From a virus: a stretch of 64,000 nt of DNA. Below, piece by piece: positions 18,261-29,087 of the stretch. The stretch lies in the IMG/VR virus record IMGVR_UViG_3300022555_000009. One strand, written 5' to 3'. Each line of letters opens with the position of its first letter. The first letter of the stretch is position 1. The notes beneath the pieces were generated by a model. It ran no database searches. It was given only the letters and a program-made list of their open reading frames with translations, and was not told the DNA's origin. Position numbers and translations under genes: made by a program.

Positions 18261-18292
18261 AAAAAGTCCTCTCTAAGAGAGGACTTTTTTTT
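18261..18292 (+). terminator. Intrinsic terminator
   Basis: AAAAAGTCCTCTC-TAA-GAGAGGACTTTTTTTT. Confidence 0.9.
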
Positions 18293-18400
18293 ATGCCCGT
18301 ATAGCTCTCCAAAGCGCCTTAGGTCCTCTCGTTATAACTCAATTTTCCTAGTAAGAAGAGAGAATTTATGCCGTTACACTAATTGATAAGGAGCCTCAGA

Positions 18401-18997
18401 ATGTATATCGATGAGTATCAACCTATGTCAGAAATGCACACATGGATGAAGGGACGTGGAGTTGATGTAAATGTATACATATGCATTCAATCGGTGCTGA
18501 GTTTGGGAGACGAACGAAAAAAAGATCTTGACGTCTTTTTAAAAACATTCGGAGGACCATTCACTCTCCAGCATAATGGATCTTTTCATGAATACGATTG
18601 GAATATTTACACGAAGCCTAGCATAGGATACTATTACAATAAATACTTAGCCAGCGGCCCAGGGTATGATAATCCCGGAAAGCTTTACACTATAGATTTA
18701 AAAGATGGATCCTATGCATCAGAGCACACGCATGTTTTTATCAAAACAGCTTTATATGAAGTTTTAAAAAGACATGAGGATCTTCATTGGTATATCGTCA
18801 ATGATTTCATGGACTCAGACTCCGGACCCTCTAATTCTAAATTCAGAGGCCATGAAGTTCTATCGACGGAAGAAGTAAAACCGTTTCTTGAAGATGAGCT
18901 GGTCAAAGCGGTTGCGTCGTGGAAGATGAGCAAAGAGAATTATAATGAAGGTGGGGCCGGACAAATGCCAAGAATGATTAAGTTAGGCCTATTATGA
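18401..18997 (+). CDS. Hypothetical protein
   Basis: ACTAATT at 18378; SD AAGGAG before ATG 18401. Confidence 0.65.
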   Translation: MYIDEYQPMSEMHTWMKGRGVDVNVYICIQSVLSLGDERKKDLDVFLKTFGGPFTLQHNGSFHEYDWNIYTKPSIGYYYNKYLASGPGYDNPGKLYTIDLKDGSYASEHTHVFIKTALYEVLKRHEDLHWYIVNDFMDSDSGPSNSKFRGHEVLSTEEVKPFLEDELVKAVASWKMSKENYNEGGAGQMPRMIKLGLL

Positions 18998-19476
18998 TTG
19001 ATGTAGATTTTCTATATGCAGTATTCCAGCCCTGCCCTCCTCGTAACATAGTATGGTATTGGTTAGACCCTCAAAAACAAAGTTACAAACGAGTATCTAA
19101 AATTGATTCTTTCATAGAATTTGTTGAGAATAAAAATAGAAAAGTGCTACCTCAGATGAAGGAGGCCCTATGCACGTACTCTTTTTGGATGTGGAATCAA
19201 GTCGACAATAGGGTGATTTTATTACATCCTTCCGATGCACAAGACCGCACCTATAGAGATCCGCTCGCCAGTTACTTTAAGAAGGGGCTAAAAGGGCAGG
19301 ACCCCTTTGCACCAGAAGAGCAAGATCCTTTGAGTCACTTATATAAACTCGGCTTTCAGATGCCCAATGAAGATGATATTAAAAATCTCAGAGTCAGAAT
19401 GACCCCTACAAAACAAAAATCTTTTTTGGCGCGCATAGGAAACATCTTACCAGGAAATACCTCGCGAAAAAAATAG
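18994..19476 (+). CDS. Hypothetical protein
   Basis: ATGA coupling to the upstream gene. Confidence 0.65.
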   Translation: MIDVDFLYAVFQPCPPRNIVWYWLDPQKQSYKRVSKIDSFIEFVENKNRKVLPQMKEALCTYSFWMWNQVDNRVILLHPSDAQDRTYRDPLASYFKKGLKGQDPFAPEEQDPLSHLYKLGFQMPNEDDIKNLRVRMTPTKQKSFLARIGNILPGNTSRKK

Positions 19477-19488
19477 CTATATTCTAGT

Positions 19489-20469
19489 ATGAGGAATCAT
19501 CCATATAGTACAGATCAAATAAAGTTAGCCCTGCGAAAACTCGGCGTCAAGTTTCCCTCGAGCATCGACTCTAAAGATAGAGCCATGGCTCATTGTCCTT
19601 TCCACTCTGACAGTACAGCTTCGATGTCTATCGATTTTACACGTGGAATCTTTCACTGCTTCTCTTGTGACGCATCCGGCTCCATCAACACCTTATCTGA
19701 AAAAATGACAGGAAGAAAACTCGATGTTCTTCTAGGCGTCGATACTTCTTTCTCCATGTTTTCAGGTCATATAAAACAAGAGTACACCCCAAAACCAATT
19801 AATGAAGAAGATGTCACGATTGATGTGCGAGGCATCGTCGCTCCTTGGACCCATGTGCCAGAAGCTATTGGGTATGTAAAATCTAGATTCATACCTCCAA
19901 GAATAGCAACGGCGATGCAAATGGGGTTCATCAAAGAAGCGTATGTGAATGGCACGTACTATGAGGATCGCTTAGTGATTCCTATCTATGGAAAATCTGG
20001 CAAGCTTATCAATCTTGAAGGTAGGGACGTGACAGGAACTCATAAACTAAAGTGCTTATATCCTCACGGTATAACGAAGACAATCTATGAATGGTATAAG
20101 CTTGACAAAGAGAAGCCTTTATATGTCGTTGAGGGACTGACGAAGATGGCTTGTCTTCGCGGCGATGATTATTTTGCGAATTCGACCACTATCTTCGGGG
20201 CATCCGTAACCGCATATCAGATGGATTTACTTAGCGAATTTAAGAAGGTCGTGTTAATACCGGACAATGATGAGCCTGGAAAAAAGGTTATCGATACCTT
20301 TAAAAATAGATTAAGAACTAAATTCGATGTTATGAGAATACAGGATACAGCAGCAAAAGATATTGATGAGATTCCTCGTAAGCTTGGTCTCGGCGTCGAG
20401 GAATACAGAAAGAAGGGCGGATTTCTCATACAAGGTTTCACTTCTTTTCTTTTCGGGGAATTTGCCTGA
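19489..20469 (+). CDS. dnaG: DNA primase (CHC2 zinc finger + TOPRIM)
   Basis: CPFHSD...S...FHCFSC; RLVIPI...GR; YVVEG; PDNDEPG; KDIDE. Confidence 0.9.
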   Translation: MRNHPYSTDQIKLALRKLGVKFPSSIDSKDRAMAHCPFHSDSTASMSIDFTRGIFHCFSCDASGSINTLSEKMTGRKLDVLLGVDTSFSMFSGHIKQEYTPKPINEEDVTIDVRGIVAPWTHVPEAIGYVKSRFIPPRIATAMQMGFIKEAYVNGTYYEDRLVIPIYGKSGKLINLEGRDVTGTHKLKCLYPHGITKTIYEWYKLDKEKPLYVVEGLTKMACLRGDDYFANSTTIFGASVTAYQMDLLSEFKKVVLIPDNDEPGKKVIDTFKNRLRTKFDVMRIQDTAAKDIDEIPRKLGLGVEEYRKKGGFLIQGFTSFLFGEFA

Positions 20470-20494
20470 CTAATTTAAATGAAGGAGATCAAAC

Positions 20495-20776
20495 ATGATC
20501 GAAGAGACTAAGATAGTCGAGCTCGTAGAGGTATTTGAGGACGCGTACGACAAACAAGAATCTGCATCCGTCTTAACCAAGGAAGCAAGAGAGGAATTAA
20601 AAAGCTACGCAGAAAATAGTGAAATGGATCCTAAAGCCATTTCAGAGATTTATTCTACTTATGCAAAATGGAGGCGAGGTAAGTTTCACTGGGGTCCAGA
20701 AGGAGACGCAGACGACTTCACAGATATTCTTGTGGCCGTAATGGACAGAGTAACTGGTGTAGATAAGGGAGTGTAA
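20495..20776 (+). CDS. Small helical protein, possibly dsDNA-binding (T4 DsbA/GapR-like)
   Basis: Size and pattern 'KEAREELKSYAE...MDPKAISEI'; ACTAATT plus SD AAGGAG. Confidence 0.35.
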   Translation: MIEETKIVELVEVFEDAYDKQESASVLTKEAREELKSYAENSEMDPKAISEIYSTYAKWRRGKFHWGPEGDADDFTDILVAVMDRVTGVDKGV

Positions 20777-20781
20777 CATAA

Positions 20782-21345
20782 ATGTTATGTGAAAAAATAG
20801 ACTCGCAATCGTATATGGAGGATTTTAAAAAGAGGTTTGTAAACTTCGTAGAAAAATCTCCTGTTAAGCTAAGCATCATAATCACACCGACTGAAGTGCA
20901 AGTCATTGATGAGTATACACAACAAGGGCACGCGTTCACCTGGGACTTCTCAATTCCGGTTAAGTCCTTTATTCACGGCATTAAGCAAATCCTAGTAGAA
21001 AGATGCTACCCGGTGATTCATAAGGTAGAACATATCGAGGTTCCTGTTTCTGAGAAGGAGCAGATTGAACTTGCAAGCAAGGGCTTGCCTCTCGATAATA
21101 TTCCTACGCGAGTATACAAAAAGAGAGTAACGGAGTATCTCATAGACAAGGTAGTTATATACAAGGATATGTTTATTCTTGTGGACCGTGCAACAGGGCA
21201 ATCCTATAGGTATAAATTAAATAAGAGCTCTGTGTTCTTCTTGAAGGATTTACGGAGTAAGAAGTTCAATAGGGAGACTGCAGGTGATTTCTTTTTTGCT
21301 AATGCAACTCTTATGAACGAGATTCACCAGAAAGAGAGTTTTTAG
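20782..21345 (+). CDS. Hypothetical protein
   Basis: Operon-continuous ORF; SD GGGAG. Confidence 0.65.
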   Translation: MLCEKIDSQSYMEDFKKRFVNFVEKSPVKLSIIITPTEVQVIDEYTQQGHAFTWDFSIPVKSFIHGIKQILVERCYPVIHKVEHIEVPVSEKEQIELASKGLPLDNIPTRVYKKRVTEYLIDKVVIYKDMFILVDRATGQSYRYKLNKSSVFFLKDLRSKKFNRETAGDFFFANATLMNEIHQKESF

Positions 21346-21752
21346 TGGTGGCAAAAAGGTCCTCACAAGATCCAAAATGGGTAGAACTAAAAAAGAAAGT
21401 ACGTAAGAGAGATAAGTCGTGTAGGTTGATGAAAATACTATCTGCAAAAGAAATGATTCTTTTGGCGAAGCATGCTCCCCGAGCTCAGCTGATGACTTGC
21501 GACACTGCTCACTGCTTTGGTGTTGGACCATACCCCCATATGTGTTACAACATAGAGAATACAGTTCTCTTAAATAGATTCAGTCATGAGTGCTTAGATT
21601 CTTTTAAGAGTCCTGTCACTGGGGAGAAGATAGAGGAAAGAGAAGTTGAGCTTTGGTGGGGTCGAATTCTTGGTGGCGGTATTTATTTAAAATTAAAAGA
21701 GGAGTCGACCTCACATAAAGTTAAGGAGACCATAAATGAGAGTGAAGCATAA
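21345..21752 (+). CDS. HNH-like endonuclease
   Basis: W..LKKKVRKRDKSCR...DTAHCF...YNIENTVLLNRFSH pattern; Zn-binding Cys partly lost. Confidence 0.55.
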   Translation: MVAKRSSQDPKWVELKKKVRKRDKSCRLMKILSAKEMILLAKHAPRAQLMTCDTAHCFGVGPYPHMCYNIENTVLLNRFSHECLDSFKSPVTGEKIEEREVELWWGRILGGGIYLKLKEESTSHKVKETINESEA

Positions 21753-22011
21753 GTTTGATGACAGCTTAGAATTAGAAGCGAGGCGGTATGCCGGCGGGGA
21801 GTTCGAGCCTGGCTTTCCCAAAGAATGGGTGCGCCTAGGTAATTTTGATTTTGGTCTAGATGGATCATATCTAATAGCGCCTGTATTCAATGGCAATATA
21901 AGAGTAGAGAAAGGAGATTGGATTCTTCACAATAGGGATGGTAATTTTCTTTTTATGACGGATAGCGAATTCAAATTGCAGCACAATGAGGTAATGTATG
22001 GAACAGATTAA
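21736..22011 (+). CDS. Hypothetical phage protein (GDW/YI-type)
   Basis: G.IRVEKGDWIL...G.F....SEF motif. Confidence 0.55.
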   Translation: MRVKHKFDDSLELEARRYAGGEFEPGFPKEWVRLGNFDFGLDGSYLIAPVFNGNIRVEKGDWILHNRDGNFLFMTDSEFKLQHNEVMYGTD

Positions 22012-22147
22012 AGAAACAGTGGTCCTTGACAATAAGGAAGTCACTAAGGACGAGCTTCAGGAAGCCAAAAAGCAAGATACTCCCACTCAGAAAATCTTGG
22101 AAGTGAACCCAGGTACCTTCAAGACTCTGAAGAGACTTCAGGAATAA
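21998..22147 (+). CDS. Small hypothetical protein (49 aa)
   Basis: Manual ORF MEQIKETVVLDNKEVTKDEL...; SD GAGG. Confidence 0.55.
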   Translation: MEQIKETVVLDNKEVTKDELQEAKKQDTPTQKILEVNPGTFKTLKRLQE

Positions 22148-22178
22148 CCGCTCATATAATATCATATATTATAGTTAA

Positions 22179-23144
22179 ATGATATTATATGATGTGTTAA
22201 TTTTCGACAGTTTAAATTTTCTGTACCGAGTGAGAAGTGATAAGAATGTAGACTGCAGCAATCTTGTGAAGATAAGCAATAAGGTTGTTATGGTTGATCT
22301 CATTAGAGCCTACCTCGATACAGTCTTTTACTTAGAACAAAAATACCTGGCCTCTGATGGTCGGGTATTTTTGTTGTTTGATAATGCCACTAGTAGGGAC
22401 GAACTCAAGAAGATGTTCGCTCCTCTTGCGCCCACTAAGTCAAGAAAAGAAGTAGATAATGCCTACAAGGAAAATAGAATGACGGAGTCGAGAGAGTTTT
22501 ATAATACTCTCGATTTAATCAAATACTATTACATGGTGTCTTCTTCAAAGTATCGTACGGCTCGCATACAGGGACTGGAAGCAGATGACTTAGTTAAGCC
22601 TTGTATTGATTCTATTCCCAATAGTAAAATTTTAATGATTACTAATGACTCTGATTGGGCGAGATACTTAGATAGCAACACCCATTATCTTCCTCACACA
22701 TTCGAGCCTCCTGTAACTGATGTGATGTTTCAAGCTAAGCGAGGGTTCTATCCAACTGAGGAGAAGATTATTTTAGATAAGATTCTTTTCGGTGACTCCG
22801 CTGATAATGTAAAAGAGGTCTTGCCTGAGCTACCGAAGGCTCTGAGAGAACAGATTCGCAGCGATTTCGATTGCATTCAAAATTTTATTCTAAATTATGA
22901 ATTATATACACCGTTAAAAGAATACGTGACCTTAGTGAGAGATAGACTACCAGAATTGCGAATCGCATATCAGATGGTGGCTACAATTCCTGTAAGTGAC
23001 AAGCACTTTTTTTACAGTTGTTCAATAGGCCGGGATTCTAAGGTTCAGCGAACAGCTATAGAATCTGTCTTGAAGATAAACAATGTTAATGTCACATTTG
23101 AGTTCGGCGATATAAAGGTTCCGAGGGTTAATCCAGTTGGGTAA
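22179..23144 (+). CDS. 5'-3' exonuclease / flap nuclease (T4 RNase H-like)
   Basis: IFDS.N, LLFD, YKENR, EADDL, TNDSDW, GDSADN. Confidence 0.85.
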   Translation: MILYDVLIFDSLNFLYRVRSDKNVDCSNLVKISNKVVMVDLIRAYLDTVFYLEQKYLASDGRVFLLFDNATSRDELKKMFAPLAPTKSRKEVDNAYKENRMTESREFYNTLDLIKYYYMVSSSKYRTARIQGLEADDLVKPCIDSIPNSKILMITNDSDWARYLDSNTHYLPHTFEPPVTDVMFQAKRGFYPTEEKIILDKILFGDSADNVKEVLPELPKALREQIRSDFDCIQNFILNYELYTPLKEYVTLVRDRLPELRIAYQMVATIPVSDKHFFYSCSIGRDSKVQRTAIESVLKINNVNVTFEFGDIKVPRVNPVG

Positions 23145-24123
23145 GATAGTATGTTTTGGCGATCTTCATCTTAGCGATAATAGACCGTGGTCTTTGGATG
23201 TTGCCAAAGAAATAGTGAAGTATTTATGCTCCCTGGAACATAATAATGAAGATAACACCGGTGTCTTTTTAGGTGACATGACAGAGTCCGTTATCAACTC
23301 GGGTGAGGTAGTACAGCAATTATTAGAGCTCTTAACTTGTTTAAGGCTCAAAGAAACGTATGTTATCATGGGTAACCATGATCTTAAAATGAAGAAAGGT
23401 AAGATGACCTCGCCTCTGTCTTTCCTGAATGAGAAGGGTTTAGTACCTAAGAATATTCACCTTGTTAGAACCATGAGCACTGTGGTACTAGAAGGAATGA
23501 CAGTTCTTATGTTACCACATATTCATAATGACGGCATTCATTCAGTAAAAGATTATGAAGACATTACCGCGTCAGTGCCTGTCGATATTGTCATGGGCCA
23601 TTTTGCGGACGAGTCTGACAAGGCTATGAGGGAAATCCTAGTAAATATTAGCAATATAAATCCTAAGTATAGGTGTTTGGGGCACATACACTCCGCTATA
23701 ACGCCTTCGTACACCGGGTCTTTAGTACCTAACTCTGTGTCCGAGAAAGGTAGAAATCGACATATTAGAATTTATGAGAAAGACAGGGAGCCTATCAATG
23801 AAGCTATACCTGTCATATGTGACTACTATGATGTAGAATATCCTAAAGCACTGCCGAAAGTAGATGCTATTATACCTATATGGACTGTTTATAAATGTAA
23901 GGACCCCTTCATAGCAAGACAAACTTACGGAGATATTTTCATCAGAAAATGTGTATATGATATAGGAATTGATCTCACGAATTTCCATGAGTACTGTTCT
24001 TTAGGAAAATCCACGAATAAGAAAACAGTTAAGGATCTCATAGAATCCTTCCTGGACGAAAATCCCGAGGAAACTCCGGACGAAATAAAAGCAAAAATCC
24101 TGGAGTACTGTCCCACATACTAA
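23137..24123 (+). CDS. SbcD/Mre11/gp47-like nuclease
   Basis: GDLHL, LGD, GNHD, GH, GHIH, YTGS metallophosphoesterase motifs. Confidence 0.85.
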   Translation: MGKIVCFGDLHLSDNRPWSLDVAKEIVKYLCSLEHNNEDNTGVFLGDMTESVINSGEVVQQLLELLTCLRLKETYVIMGNHDLKMKKGKMTSPLSFLNEKGLVPKNIHLVRTMSTVVLEGMTVLMLPHIHNDGIHSVKDYEDITASVPVDIVMGHFADESDKAMREILVNISNINPKYRCLGHIHSAITPSYTGSLVPNSVSEKGRNRHIRIYEKDREPINEAIPVICDYYDVEYPKALPKVDAIIPIWTVYKCKDPFIARQTYGDIFIRKCVYDIGIDLTNFHEYCSLGKSTNKKTVKDLIESFLDENPEETPDEIKAKILEYCPTY

Positions 24124-24132
24124 CTATGAATA

Positions 24133-25209
24133 ATGGAAATCGTTGCCGATAGATTCTTTGATCAATCTAAATTCGCCAGTACTATTGCCATAGTAAGAAT
24201 GAACCTCGAACAATTCCTCGCAAATAATATCTTGCGAGAGGATGGTTCGAGGATTTTTTATGCATCGAAGTCCTGGGCTTTTCGACAGAGAATCAATCTG
24301 CTGAATATGAACTCTAGTCCTGACTACTCCTCCCTGAATTTTCCTTTTTGTGCTTATTACCGGAATGGTAATTGGACAGTAGGTCCTGAAGTAGCGCCAG
24401 GCGTACCGGCAGCAGATGCTGCTATACTGGGCACAACCGATCTAGGACCTAATGTACGATTCTTCAATGCTCAGTTCCCTTTCAGCGTCGTCTTCTTTTT
24501 TAACAGAGAAGACGACGCTCAATTAGCCTACGAGGCCTTAATGTGGATTAAGCATCCTAGGCCTATTCAAACAACAGCCCCTGGCTTGGTGTATAAGGAC
24601 ACAGCTATTGATATACCTATACGATATAAGATAGAAGATATTCAATTTGCTCCCGAGTATAAAGAAAAAAATTGGCTGGAAATGAATCGCGTATTCCCTA
24701 TTGAGGTCTCCTTGAAGGTAGACTCAGTAATAATACGAGCTCAGCCTCAGACTCCGAATGCTTTATATCCTACAGACGACGATACTATTTACATTACGAA
24801 GAAGGTCATTTTAGATTTCTTGTCCTTCAAAAACGATATGCTAGTGGATTCGGATGGGGTACAAGAGATTCTTTTGGGCTCTTTCATTCCAGACCCCGAT
24901 TTAAATGGAACCTTCACAGCAGGAGTCTCAACAGACACAAGCGTAACTCTACATTGGACCTATAATCCTCTGTGTACGGCCCTGTATGAGCCGAATGTGA
25001 CTATTCTTTGCAATAATGGTACTTCTGTGCAAGTTCCAAAGACAGCGCTGACTGCAACCATAAGTGGATTGAATTTAGGCTCCACATATACATTTAAAAT
25101 TCAATTTTTTGCTTTATCAGGAGCCATAAATCAATACTCAGTAACTGCGCTCACAACTGGTAGTCAATCCAATCTCAATCTCAAGGGAATGATAGGATAC
25201 ACCTGGTAA
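24133..25209 (+). CDS. Putative tail terminator/neck protein with a C-terminal FN3-like domain
   Basis: Directly upstream of the sheath; C-terminal TSVTLHW...ATISGLNLGSTYTFKI (FN3 signature). Confidence 0.45.
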   Translation: MEIVADRFFDQSKFASTIAIVRMNLEQFLANNILREDGSRIFYASKSWAFRQRINLLNMNSSPDYSSLNFPFCAYYRNGNWTVGPEVAPGVPAADAAILGTTDLGPNVRFFNAQFPFSVVFFFNREDDAQLAYEALMWIKHPRPIQTTAPGLVYKDTAIDIPIRYKIEDIQFAPEYKEKNWLEMNRVFPIEVSLKVDSVIIRAQPQTPNALYPTDDDTIYITKKVILDFLSFKNDMLVDSDGVQEILLGSFIPDPDLNGTFTAGVSTDTSVTLHWTYNPLCTALYEPNVTILCNNGTSVQVPKTALTATISGLNLGSTYTFKIQFFALSGAINQYSVTALTTGSQSNLNLKGMIGYTW

Positions 25210-25264
25210 TAGCCAGAAGACTAATTAGATATGGTGTTATTTACTATAATAGAGAGGCTGCAAG

Positions 25265-27400
25265 GTGGAAAGTAATAGACTTATATTCACTACAGTTGAT
25301 ACAAGTGTATCAACGACCCAGAGTTCTAATAAAACGGGGTTGACAGTAGTTAAAGCTCCCAAGGGAACCTCGACTCCTATATTCTTTTCGAAGAATTCGT
25401 CTGACGCAATACAGTCAGTGATTGGATCCCCTTCTTCTACGTACCCGGGCATAAGAGAAGCCATAGAATTCAATCAAAATTATGGCTTATGGATTTCTGC
25501 TCCTGAAGGGGCAAAGACAAGTTACTCAAATTACTACGGCGGCGTTTATTTTATCGCTCCTGGAATTATTAAGCCCTTCTACCAGGTGACGGATCCTACA
25601 ACTCCGAATTTCTTGACTGAGGCTTTTTGTGCAGGAACCTCCCTTTTAGAGTCTACATACAATGGCTCCGGCGTTATCACATCAACTGCTCAAGCTACTG
25701 TGACAGGAGCTTCTCCTAACACAGTAATTACTACCAGCAATGTGCCCACAGCCTACTTCACAAAGTATACTCCTCTTTACGTCAATCTTTATTATCCAGG
25801 GAACGGAACAACAGTTCCCTCCGCGGGAAGAGTTTCTTTGAAATGCGTAGCCAATGGGCCGGACTGGATTCTTAAGACTCCAACAAACAATATCGTAGTC
25901 GGATCCATTACAACAAGCACAGCAACTATTCAGATAACCGGCACTACTACAAACCAGTCAGACCCTGAGGTTATGGTGGTTGGGTGGAATTTTAATGCTG
26001 CCTTAAATACTTATATCAAGTCAGGCACGGGAGGAGCTTTCACAGACAAGCTCTCCGGAGTCCCCGGAGCCACACTCAGCTGGGTACTACAAACTCAAAC
26101 TGATACTCTGATGACCTTGTATCAGACTTCCCCCAGATCAAATGTTACCACTTTAACAGTAACCGATGTAAATGTTTTAGTGTCGCCTAATAACTTATTG
26201 TTTAACTCCGTAACATTCTCCATGTCAGAGACGGCTTACAGTAATGTCATAAGGACACAAACTTTCACAGTAAGCCCAGACGTAAATGCGGTAGATGGTT
26301 ACAACTCTTCATTGTATGTAGAAAACGTTCTATCAGGAAACTACTTCATTAACGGACTGTCTTACGGTAACTTCACAAGGACCTCAGGTTCCAGCCCAGG
26401 ATATGATCCCTGGGAGCTTATTAACGGCTTGACAGGAGCTACTCCATTCATTATAAGCCCCTATGGTTCACGGGTAATGGACGCCATAGTCTCAACAAAT
26501 GATAGCGCAAGCCTAATAACGTCTCTTCTATCCGGCTGGACAGCTAGCTCTACTAGCTTATTCTCTGACGTATCGATATTCTTTAATCCAGAGTTGACAA
26601 TGGGTGATTTCCAGATTGCTACGCAAATGGGAAATATGAGAACATCTACGTTCAAGAGAGCAACCTATATAGCAGGCTTGCGAGTAGCTGCTTCAGACGC
26701 CATTACTGCTATGAGTCAGTACGTAACGGCAAGATCATCTCTACCTAAGATAACTGGCTTGGCATTCTACATCAATGAGTTCCTGGTTCAGACAGGAAGC
26801 ACGAAGTTCTGGACAGTACCTATTGGTTCCGTAGCTACAATGCTTTGTCAGATTATGGACATCAAGAGAGGCGGCGCTGCTCCCATGTGGGTCAACACCT
26901 CCGACGGATTAGGCGGCCAGATTAATACTTCAGTGTTGAAGGCAAAATACGACTTTACAGCCGATCAGCTAGACACTTTAGATTTAACTCTAGGACTTAA
27001 TCCTATCATTAAGGATAACACATACGGTTTGATGATCACTAGTCAGCGAACCGCACAAGATCCTCTAATGTTGACGGATTGGTCTAAGCTAGGTCATCAG
27101 ATGTCCTTCGATCTCTTCATGAAGGACGTCAAGACAAATGTTATGACGCCTCAGATCGGCAAGCCTATCAACGCGGATTACATGCGCTTGAGGAAACGAC
27201 AAACTCAAGATATTCTTTCTCTAAGATTATCAGGGCCTACAGCAATATGGGATTCTGGCAAGGTACTTGTTGAGGAAGTCAATACTGATATAACAAGGGC
27301 AGCTAATACGTTCGTTATTAAGGTTCGGGTAAAAGTAAATCCATTTGCCGAGTACGTTGAATTAATTTTTCAAAATGTAAGTCAGTCGGATACGGTGTAA
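25265..27400 (+). CDS. Contractile tail sheath protein
   Basis: 711 aa; C-terminal APMW...G.I, DQLDTL...GLNPI...YG...SQRT, N.F...VRVK...AEYVELIF. Confidence 0.85.
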   Translation: MESNRLIFTTVDTSVSTTQSSNKTGLTVVKAPKGTSTPIFFSKNSSDAIQSVIGSPSSTYPGIREAIEFNQNYGLWISAPEGAKTSYSNYYGGVYFIAPGIIKPFYQVTDPTTPNFLTEAFCAGTSLLESTYNGSGVITSTAQATVTGASPNTVITTSNVPTAYFTKYTPLYVNLYYPGNGTTVPSAGRVSLKCVANGPDWILKTPTNNIVVGSITTSTATIQITGTTTNQSDPEVMVVGWNFNAALNTYIKSGTGGAFTDKLSGVPGATLSWVLQTQTDTLMTLYQTSPRSNVTTLTVTDVNVLVSPNNLLFNSVTFSMSETAYSNVIRTQTFTVSPDVNAVDGYNSSLYVENVLSGNYFINGLSYGNFTRTSGSSPGYDPWELINGLTGATPFIISPYGSRVMDAIVSTNDSASLITSLLSGWTASSTSLFSDVSIFFNPELTMGDFQIATQMGNMRTSTFKRATYIAGLRVAASDAITAMSQYVTARSSLPKITGLAFYINEFLVQTGSTKFWTVPIGSVATMLCQIMDIKRGGAAPMWVNTSDGLGGQINTSVLKAKYDFTADQLDTLDLTLGLNPIIKDNTYGLMITSQRTAQDPLMLTDWSKLGHQMSFDLFMKDVKTNVMTPQIGKPINADYMRLRKRQTQDILSLRLSGPTAIWDSGKVLVEEVNTDITRAANTFVIKVRVKVNPFAEYVELIFQNVSQSDTV

Positions 27401-27413
27401 GGAGTTTTAGAAA

Positions 27414-28079
27414 ATGGGTACAGGAATGATAACAACGCTCCTAAGTTCCGGAGCTGATACTTTTACTAATCTGTTTGATGTTGAGGTAACCTTCCCTACC
27501 TTCTTAGCGGACGATCCTATTATTATAGGGAATACGACGAATGCCATCACAATGTCTGTCAGGGCCCAGGGATTTACTCCTCCAACGGGATTTACGGTAC
27601 CGGAATATGAAGTCAAGTATAAAGCAGTAACTATAAAAAAGCCCGGCGCGACCATACAAGGCGACAGAACATTTTCTTTAAAATTCAGGGCCAACGCGAC
27701 TCTGGGGCTATACGATTCTTTCATGAAATGGAAACATTTATTAGTTGATCCTTCGGGCGAAAGCAATCTAGCTTTAAATATTTTTTATACCAATCAATCC
27801 GGCGATGCTCGGGGGGGGAAGTACGTAGGTCACGTAGAAGTCAAAGCTCTTTTTCCAGATGACACTGCTTTTACAAGTGATCCTAATACCAGTGATTCCT
27901 GGATCTTTAGTAAAGTTCTTGTTTTAGATGTTACCTTAGATCCCTTCTCCAGGGATGGAGGAAATACGCCTCAAACTTTTGATGTTAAATTTATGTATGT
28001 GTATATGTCTGAGCCTGGGCATAATCCCGATGTTAATGTAGATGATACCGTAGTTCCGGTCGTAGCTCTGAACTCCTAA
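27414..28079 (+). CDS. Tail tube protein (gp19-like)
   Basis: Follows the sheath; NLFDV.V.FP, KKPG...FSLKFR...YDSFMKW...FDVKF.Y. Confidence 0.7.
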   Translation: MGTGMITTLLSSGADTFTNLFDVEVTFPTFLADDPIIIGNTTNAITMSVRAQGFTPPTGFTVPEYEVKYKAVTIKKPGATIQGDRTFSLKFRANATLGLYDSFMKWKHLLVDPSGESNLALNIFYTNQSGDARGGKYVGHVEVKALFPDDTAFTSDPNTSDSWIFSKVLVLDVTLDPFSRDGGNTPQTFDVKFMYVYMSEPGHNPDVNVDDTVVPVVALNS

Positions 28080-28097
28080 TTAGAAACTTTTAAAAGT

Positions 28098-28134
28098 AAA
28101 TAACCCGAAGATGAATTTCTTCGGGTTATTTTTT
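28098..28134 (+). terminator. Intrinsic terminator
   Basis: AAATAACCCGAAGA/TCTTCGGGTTATTTTTT. Confidence 0.9.
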
Positions 28135-28146
28135 GACTAATTAACT

Positions 28147-28677
28147 ATGGCGATAGCAGCTCTCAAAAACGAAACTTATAGTGTGGTAGGTAAGCTATCC
28201 ACACTTATGTCCTGGAAGCCATCCTGGTCTAATTTATTTACGGTAGATATAGATCCAAATAATACTGGCATAGCGGGGCTCCTAGTAAAGTCTATAGATT
28301 TTGGTGGATACTCCTTGGAATGGGAGTACAATCAGGCGATGAGAAAACATGCTTTGAAGCTAGCAAAGTATGACACTGAAGCTACTATGACGATACGAGA
28401 AACAGACGTATATGACGTCAAAAAATACTTCTATGATTGGTTTAGTCTTTTTTGGAACAATGGAATTTATCAGGCAGGAGATTCGGGGCCTTTAAAAAAG
28501 AAAAGAGACATAGAGATATATACTCCTAAAGGTGGAGTCTACGTCGCTTTCGCGAAATTGAATGGCTGTGTAATGACAAAGCAGCCAACACCGAAATTTT
28601 CCTGGGACAGCTCGGCTCCTATTGAATATACAATCTCTTTAAAAGTAGATTCTCAAACTTGGGAAACTTTAGCATGA
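28147..28677 (+). CDS. Tail tube-like / tube initiator protein
   Basis: Tube-fold pattern NLFTVDI...TMTIRE...YFYDW...FSWD...YTISL. Confidence 0.55.
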   Translation: MAIAALKNETYSVVGKLSTLMSWKPSWSNLFTVDIDPNNTGIAGLLVKSIDFGGYSLEWEYNQAMRKHALKLAKYDTEATMTIRETDVYDVKKYFYDWFSLFWNNGIYQAGDSGPLKKKRDIEIYTPKGGVYVAFAKLNGCVMTKQPTPKFSWDSSAPIEYTISLKVDSQTWETLA

Positions 28678-29087
28678 TATATACTTATTTAAATACTCTT
28701 GTAGATTATGGAGATATCCATTACAAAGGGTATCTGACAACAGGTGGCACAACTCCCGATGGCCAACCATTCTTTCTTCAGCAAGAAGATGCAATTAATA
28801 ACGCACTCAAGTTATACCTACTGAGCAAAAAAGGGGATTACGGTAGGTATGTGTCTAAAGGCGGCCCTCTCTTCGAGATCTTAAATTCTCCAGCAGACTT
28901 AAACACACAGGCTAAAATCAAAGAAGTTATTATAAAATCTTTGGCAATATACTCCAATATTCAAGTACAAGATGTCATTGTGACTACGGATGTCACTGGT
29001 GAAAAATGGAAAATTAAGGTTCAGTATATAGACCTTTATCATAAGATGACATCATCCACTTCGATTACCCTAGTACAGAGGACTTAA
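28674..29087 (+). CDS. Baseplate wedge protein (gp25-like)
   Basis: DAINNALKLYLLSKKGD...GG.L..IL; ATGA coupling. Confidence 0.7.
   Translation: MIYTYLNTLVDYGDIHYKGYLTTGGTTPDGQPFFLQQEDAINNALKLYLLSKKGDYGRYVSKGGPLFEILNSPADLNTQAKIKEVIIKSLAIYSNIQVQDVIVTTDVTGEKWKIKVQYIDLYHKMTSSTSITLVQRT

Noticed and set aside
27811-27820. G8 run in the tail tube gene as a programmed frameshift site
   Set aside because: The ORF is intact and followed by a terminator; no evident alternative-frame product.
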